DNA from: Lama glama
Taxonomy: Eukaryota
NCBI GenBank assembly: GCA_028534125.1
Contig: CM052818.1
Span: 18,912,001-18,976,000 of the forward strand
Direction of reading: 5' to 3'
DNA length: 64,000 nucleotides
A program made the translations under genes and the position numbers. Shown in pieces: positions 55,860 through 64,000 of the stretch (its first letter is position 1; every line of letters begins with the position of its first letter). The notes beneath the pieces are model-generated. The model did no database searches. It worked only from the letters and a program-made list of their open reading frames with translations, and had not been told where the DNA came from.

Positions 55860-57057
55860 AAGATGCAGTCTGTTTTCTACTATTTATGTATGGTTTATTT
55901 TCTCCAGAGCCTCTTGAGTTATTGCTTGAGACAAATGGAATGAGAAACATCTTGTTCTGAACACCTCCCCCCTCCGCCCCTCAGTGTGTATATGTATATA
56001 AAACCACATATTTTTTTAATGAAAGAAAAAACAAAAACACTTGAAATTAAAAAAATATATATGTTTATAGCAGAAAAGCTAACTACATAGTTTCCAAGCC
56101 ACTGTGATTTTTAAGAACTCAAATGTTTTTTTTATTTTCACCTCTGAGACATGTGATTCCTCACTGAAACTGGAACCTCTGGGAAAAAACCCAAAACACA
56201 TGCTGGAAGCAAACCTAAAGCTAATACTGATTCTCAAAGGAAACATTCATATTCTCTACCCAGACTTCATGACTGGCTGGAACCAACTCTCCACTCCTAA
56301 AAGGAGTTAGCAGACTAAGCCTGGTGACAATTTGTTATTTCACTCGATCTGAAAAATTCAGAGGAAAAGTGCAGTCCAGGGAGGAAGACAGGGCCAAGTT
56401 TCTGAGCCTGCCAGCCCATAGAGCACACCATGGATCCTTAAGAAATCTTACCAGCCAGTAAGCAGCCTTATCCTTGCCTGAAATACCCTGCATGGAATAC
56501 ATACATTTCATGAAGGGTCCCCATAATTTTCCCCATTCTCTACTTTTCCCTAAAGGTGTAGGATTTAGAGTTTTTAGATCAAAGATGAACTGGTCATCTC
56601 CAGGCCATAGGAAAAAGAGGCACTTGCTTCTCATGAAAATTGCTCCCAGACCTCAGACTCTAACGTGCTCACATTCAAGATCCTTAAATCCCGTGCCTCT
56701 TTAGACACGCTTCCACATTCAAGTCTGGGAAGAAGGGAAACTGTGGGAGAGTATTATATCTGCTTCCAGGGAACCTTTTGGTGTCTGAGAAAGACCCTTT
56801 CCCCACCCCATCTTCTGCTGGAGGGAGGAGATGGGATTCAGGATGTCATACAGCAAGTGGGTTCAAGCAGTTTCATGTTAACCAACGTCATGAGACCATA
56901 GAACCTTGATATCATCATATGATGCCCTCATCATCAATAACCACTGTGATTTAGCAATAAAGAGAACATCTAATTCAGCCTACACTGGAATATTCCTTTG
57001 AATTATTTTCCTTCAAAGTTGTAGCATTTCCAGCTATATTGAGCAGTGGAGTATCTA

Positions 57058-57890
57058 CTTTTATTTATTTTTTTTAGGTATAGTTTACACACAGTAAAGT
57101 ACACAAATCTTAAATGTTTCAGCTTGAAGGAATTTTACTTATGTGTATATACCCATAACCACTTACCAGACCAAGATATAGAACATTTCCTACACTGCAG
57201 AAGCTTTCTTTAGGCCCATTTCCAGTCTATACCCCTCCAAAAGTACATATTATTCTGATTTCTATCATCATCAATTAGTTTTGCTTGCTCTTGAACTTCA
57301 TATAAATGAAATCATACAGTATGAACTTTTATTTATCTGGTTTCTTTTGCTCAACATAATGTCTCTGAGTATCACTCATAAATGATGTTATATGAATGGT
57401 TCATTTATTTGTAGCTGTGTAGTACTCTACTATATAAATATTCCACATTATATTTATCCACATATATATCCATATATATATTGTCCATTATCTTATTATA
57501 TCTCCATATATTTTATATATATATATATATGTATGTATATATATCCATGTATATGTTATTAACCATTATCTTATTGATGAATATTTGAGGGTTTCAGGTT
57601 TGGGGATATTATCAATGAAGATCTATGAATATTCTTATACATCTCTGTTGATGAGCATGTGCAGTTATATAGAATGGAATTGCTGAGTCACAGGTAGTTT
57701 TAATTTTAGTAGTTACTGTCAGTGTTCCCAAAATGATTGAGCCTATTTACACTCCAAATACATCTTTGGCAACACTTGGTGTGGTTAGTCTATTCAGTTT
57801 TAGCCATTCTGGTGGGTAAGTAGTTGTATCTCATTGTGGCCTTAATTTGCATTTTCCTGGTGACTAACAATATTGAGCCCTTTTTCAGAT
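57058..57890 (-). mobile_element. L1M (MA/MB-like) 3' end with internal TA-rich expansion
   Basis: Poly-T head; cttgaacttcatataaatgaaatcatacagtatg; tctcattgtggccttaatttgcattttcctggtgactaa. Confidence 0.85.
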
Positions 57891-58139
57891 GCAGGGCCCA
57901 GTTATGAGATCTGCACCAGCCTAACAAGTATCCCTATGCCTGAGGCAGTGAAACATTAAGTAGCAACTAAAAAAACACAATGACAGATGGAGAGACAGAC
58001 CACAGAAGAAAGAAAAAAGCATGTTTCCTGCCTTTTAAACCAGGGACCCTGTATTTTCATTTTGTACTAGGTCCCACAAATTGTGAGCTTGGACTCCACC
58101 CCTGGCCTGCTGATTCCAAATCTTCTGGGTATGACCTGG

Positions 58140-58775
58140 GATCCTCCACCGTCACTGCCACTGCCTCTAGGCTAGTTTAGGTCACACTCTCCCCAGCTTG
58201 GTCATCTACTTCCAGTGTTGCCCTCATTCTCCCCACCAACCCCAACCCATGCTCTGCTTTACAGCCAGAATGATCTCTCCAAAACAAAAATTGGAAGCAC
58301 AATTCCTTGCTTCCCATGTTCCCATTTTCCTAGAGTTAAAGCACAGACTCTTTAACACCACTTACAAGGCCCTGTGTGATCTGTCCCCTGCTCGCTCTGT
58401 GACCTCAGCTCTCTTCCTTCTCTGCCTCCAATCACAGGAAATTACTTTCAGTTCCTTCAAAGTACACGCTGTTTCAGTCTTCCATTGTCCAGACATTCTT
58501 CTTCTTATGACCTTCCTACCCACTTCTTAATATGATTAACTCTAACTTATCATTCAGGTCTCAGCTTTAGTCTCTTCTTTGGAAGTCTTCCTAGACTCTC
58601 ACCCCTTATTTGCCCCATCACACTATTGTGCTGCATTATAATTGCCTGTTTACTTATCTGCCTCCTGCATTTAGATTAAAAAGCTTTATGAAGGCAGGAC
58701 CCGTATCCTTACCTTCTGGCCCAGTTCCTGGACCGTAGTTAGGATTTATGTTTGTTGAATGAACAAGTGAATGTT
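58140..58775 (+). mobile_element. L2 3' portion ending at the gap
   Basis: tacaaggccctgtgtgatctgtcccctgc...aagctttatgaaggcaggac...tttgttgaatgaacaagtgaatg. Confidence 0.8.
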
Positions 58776-58778
58776 GGA

Positions 58779-59278
58779 NNNNNNNNNNNNNNNNNNNNNN
58801 NNNNNNNNNNNNNNNNNNNNNNNNNNNNNNNNNNNNNNNNNNNNNNNNNNNNNNNNNNNNNNNNNNNNNNNNNNNNNNNNNNNNNNNNNNNNNNNNNNNN
58901 NNNNNNNNNNNNNNNNNNNNNNNNNNNNNNNNNNNNNNNNNNNNNNNNNNNNNNNNNNNNNNNNNNNNNNNNNNNNNNNNNNNNNNNNNNNNNNNNNNNN
59001 NNNNNNNNNNNNNNNNNNNNNNNNNNNNNNNNNNNNNNNNNNNNNNNNNNNNNNNNNNNNNNNNNNNNNNNNNNNNNNNNNNNNNNNNNNNNNNNNNNNN
59101 NNNNNNNNNNNNNNNNNNNNNNNNNNNNNNNNNNNNNNNNNNNNNNNNNNNNNNNNNNNNNNNNNNNNNNNNNNNNNNNNNNNNNNNNNNNNNNNNNNNN
59201 NNNNNNNNNNNNNNNNNNNNNNNNNNNNNNNNNNNNNNNNNNNNNNNNNNNNNNNNNNNNNNNNNNNNNNNNNNNNNN
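58779..59278. other. Assembly gap, exactly 500 N
   Basis: Run of N seen directly; the round length implies a placeholder of unknown true size. Confidence 0.99.
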
Positions 59279-59499
59279 TTTTTTTTTCATGTTATCCTTT
59301 GATATATAATACTAGTATGTGATAAAACTTTTTGATGTTGGATAATCTGCTACATTAAAAAACTCATTATAGTTTTTATTAGCATTTCATTTGTAGTTCC
59401 TAAATTCTGTTTGTGTCCTTGGCCCAATTTTCTATTGAATGATTAGTCTTTTCCATACTAATTTGTGGCATTCGGATAAGGAAGATAAGGAAGCTTGAA

Positions 59500-60760
59500 C
59501 AGTCCAAACTTAGGAAAGTTTAGAAGTACTGTACAAAGAATGGTTTTTCCCCCCTAAACCCTTCAAGAATAAGTTCCTAGCCTTTGTCCTGTCACCTCCT
59601 TATACTTTAGTGTGTATTTCCTGCAAACTAAGATGTTCTCCTAAATAACCACACTACACCTATTAAAATCAAAAAGTTAACGTTGAAACATTAATGTCTT
59701 CTAATCTTTAAACGACTCCCACCCATTTAAGTTTCACTACTTGTTGTAGTAGCAACATTGTAGCAAAAGGATCCAGTTCAGAACCACACATTGCATTTAG
59801 CTGCCCTGTCTTTTCAGTATCCTTCAATCCCAGTGTCCTGCAGTCTGGAACAGTTCCTCAGGCTTTCCTTGATTTTCATGACTTTCACAATTTGAAGATT
59901 ATTCAGAACAAATGATAATAAATTCAGATGTGTTCTGATGTTTCCTCATATAGTTTTAAGTTATGTATCTTTGTCAGGAATATCATAGAAGTGATGCTGT
60001 GATCCTATATGCTATCAGGTGGCATACAGTTTCAGTTTGTCCTATTTATGATGATGTTCACTTTGATACTTGATAAGACAGTGTCTGATTGGCAGCTCTG
60101 TTATAGAGTTACTGTTTTTCCCTGTCTACTTAATAAGTATTTGAGGGGGAGAGTATTTTAAACATCCCATTTATTATCATACTTTCAATTTATTTATTCA
60201 TTTATATATAGTAGTATGAATTTATGGGTTGTTGTCTATTCAGTGGGTTATAATCCCTGTACTGTGGTTATAAATTTTAATGCTTCAACATAATTTTGCT
60301 AGTGGGTGACCATTCAGGCTGACTTTGATGTTCTTTTGACATGTCCTCATCATTTTTTAAGCACTTCCTTGTTTCTGCTGCAAGATAATTCCAGACTCAT
60401 CTTGTATTTCCTCCAACCTGGAATCAGCCATTTCTCCAAGGAGCCCTTATTCCTTTTATAGAAAATTATTCAGAAGCCAAGATCTGAATGCTAGTCATGC
60501 TCATTGCTATTGGAGTGGCATTGCTTCCAGGCTCTTGTCAGTGAACAGAGCTGGGGAGTATATGCATGTACATCCACACGTTTCCAAACATTTACATCTG
60601 TATTTATTTCTCAATCTGTCTGTCTATTAAAAACAATGAGTTCACGTTGATCCTTCCAATTCCAGTCTAACACCATGTTCTAGCTTTCTCTTTATATTTC
60701 AACTCTCTTCTCTGACAGAAACCTGGCTTCCATTACTTATTTAATTATTTGATCAATTCC
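59500..60760 (-). mobile_element. L1MC/MD-like 3' fragment in the intron upstream of FBXO11 exon 2
   Basis: tactttagtgtgtatttcctgcaaactaag...cctggaatcagccatttctccaaggagccct. Confidence 0.8.
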
Positions 60761-61349
60761 TCTTTTGTTTGTTACCATGCTTCCAGTTCCACCATCCTGT
60801 CTCCTTTACAGTGCCCTTCTCTCCCTTCTCTGGCTCTGACTTTCCATTCCAAGCCACCCTTCCCCCAAGTGGGCTTCCTTCTTACCCTCCTTGAGCTCCA
60901 GTACCCTGTGCCAGACCACCCTCTGCATGGATGCCCTTTTTATCCTACTTAGTATCTGATACCCTGTACTGAACTGTCCCTCTCCATTGACACCCTTCTC
61001 ACCTCACCTGGTTTCTAACCATGTGCTACTCACTTGTACTCACTCATCAAGTGAACATCCTCCTCACTTTTAAAAAAATACCTTCCAAGTTTTGTGTCAT
61101 ACTTTAAAAGAGCTTCTCCACTTTAACATTATAAAAAATAGCTTTCTTTTTCTTCTACTGATTTTATGTATTTATTTTGTATTTAAATATATGGTCTATT
61201 TTGGAATTCATTTTGAAGTAAGTGAAGTAGAAATCCAGTACTTCTTTCAAATGATTATCCAGTTGGATAGAATTTTACATAAAAACTATTATCTCTACCC
61301 CCCCCAGATTTTTTTTATAAAGTTTTTTAAAAGTTTACTGTGTCCATAG

Positions 61350-61535
<186 letters not shown>

Positions 61536-61669
61536 TAAATACACATAAGTTAAGTTAAATATAAGTAAGTTTATTTTTGATGTGTATTGAAGGAATTGTT
61601 AGGAAACAAAAAGGGAACTGTCATCATTTTTTAAAAGTAATGATTATGATAAAAATATTTATTACTTAA

Positions 61670-61822
<153 letters not shown>

Positions 61823-62159
61823 TAATTTTGTTTGATACTGAAAAATTAAATGTAGTTTTATGTGTACATTTGAGATTAAGAAAGTAATTATTACAGAATA
61901 AACATGAGAACCCTGACCTCCTCCCTCTTTGACTTCAATTGTTTAATAAAAATCTTTTTTGTATACTTATATAATCAGTTTCTGAAATGGTACATACTCG
62001 CTAAAATAAAGAATGCTGTTAAGTCAAGATAAAAGAAGATAAATGTGTGTTATCTATGAAAGCAAAATGCTTATAAAATGATTATCATCAAAAAATAAAA
62101 GCTACTCATTAGATAAAGTGAAACTTGTACTGTTTAAATAATGAGAAAGCCTTTACTAG

Positions 62160-62348
<189 letters not shown>

Positions 62349-63576
62349 TAAGTGAAACTTTATTTCTTATATTGAGATATATTACTTGCTGCCCAGAATG
62401 CTAAAGATGATAGGAAAGTTGGAGTGTGAGTTGGTGGTTACAATTGAATAGTCAGAACAAAATTAGAATGTTTAAATTCTGAGTTACCTGTTTATCACAA
62501 ATGTGGGTTGTTGGTCTAAGCAATATTTATAAAACAAGGACGTAATTTTTCTGCTATGTGTCAGTTAAAAGCAACTTAGCAGTTACAAGAAATGTTTTTC
62601 ATTAGATTGCTTTTTAGAAACAGAACTAAGTCTAATTTAAAATAGCTAACTAATTAAATCTGATAGTTTAGTAAGAATGTATATTTTGTATATCGCTTTC
62701 AGAAAATAGTTTTGACAGTTGTATTCATGAGCCTTAAAATATGCATGCCCTTTGACCCAGCAGTTCCACTGCTGAAAAACTGTTTACCCTATGTACAAAT
62801 TTTTCATACTAGCATTGTTAATAGTGGGGGGAAATTAGAAATAATCTAAATTCTAGCAATAAGGGAATGAACTAAAAGTAAATAATGTAATGTTTACCTA
62901 GAAAGTTGTGATATAGTCATTAACAGTGACTTCTACAGTGTTTTTAATAACAAGGAAAAAAGCTATGTTATAAAAAGTTAAAAAGAGCAGAAAACAAAAT
63001 TTTATATGTTATATAACCACAACTGTATCAATGAAACTGTACATAAAAAGAGTGGAAAGGAAATACAATAAACTGTTAATAGTGAATATATATTGAAAGT
63101 GTAGGTTAAATCTCTTTATACTTTTCTGTATTTTACAGCAGCTATATGTGTCACTTCTATGATGCTAAAAATAAGGTACACTTAAGGAAAATTATATCTG
63201 TGCTAGAAAGGAAAAAGAATGAAGAGCAGAAGAAACATTTTGCTTTGTATAGGAAGTGATAATAGTTACTACCACTTCATTTCTAAGATTTGATGGTTCT
63301 TACTAGGATGTAAATGAAACATCATCATTATTTTGCATCAGTACTGAAAATAATCCTTTTAAATTATAAATATATGAGGCTTTTACAGTAAGGATGGCTT
63401 TTTTCCCACTCCTGACTAGTCAGTCAGATTTTATAGAATTCATACTTCTTATTCTTTAGGGTGGAGTATATTTTATATGTAGTCACATTGTTTTAGCCAA
63501 AAATTATATTTTTACACATAAAATTCTGCTTTTTTATATTTTTATAAGTTTTTGAGGCCTCAAATAATTCTTATAG

Positions 63577-63759
<183 letters not shown>

Positions 63760-64000
63760 TGAAGTATAAATGGAAAATATTGATTTATATTACTTATATT
63801 TAAAATAAAAGTTAATTTTTAAAAATCTTATTTAAACTCAAGAATAGGTTTCAAACCGATGGACATTTATCAAAAGATTAAACAATTCTTTTCACTACTG
63901 ACATACTGATTAATAGTTTAAACAGTGGCAGTAAGTATCAGTAGCCTATGAGTAGTTATTTAAAGTTTCACATTTGGCTTCAGTTTCATATGTTCCTTTA

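Noticed and set aside
57420..57580. Repeated tccatatat / ccattatcttatt units, superficially array-like
   Set aside because: Microsatellite-driven expansion inside an L1; no repeat-spacer structure.
58739..59322. Three 183-185 aa ORFs
   Set aside because: Artefacts of translating through the N gap.

Overview
Mammalian genomic DNA, not prokaryotic. The only gene I can identify is FBXO11 (+ strand, 61402-63756): four consecutive coding exons corresponding to human exons 2-5, with canonical GT-AG sites, matching phases and the F-box. The gene runs off the right end, and its CpG-island first exon is not in the window. The remaining ~61 kb is non-coding and dense with old eutherian repeats (L1M, L2, MIR, MaLR/ERVL LTRs, Tigger, hAT, MADE2), plus a few young 5'-truncated L1 insertions with visible target-site duplications. 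I saw no lineage-specific SINE; with the L1 3' end type this suggests a laurasiatherian, possibly a camelid (inference). A gap of exactly 500 N (58779-59278) separates FBXO11 from the left 58.8 kb, so it is unproven that the left part is FBXO11 intron 1. The short ORFs in the track are noise apart from L1 ORF2 remnants. I found no convincing new biological system. The best leads are an apparent extra in-frame Phe codon in FBXO11 exon 3, a very ancient RTE-like reverse-transcriptase fossil at ~15.1-15.4 kb, a consensus RFX X-box, and several unique stretches that look like enhancers. Repeat family names are from memory of consensus sequences, and most repeat boundaries are approximate.
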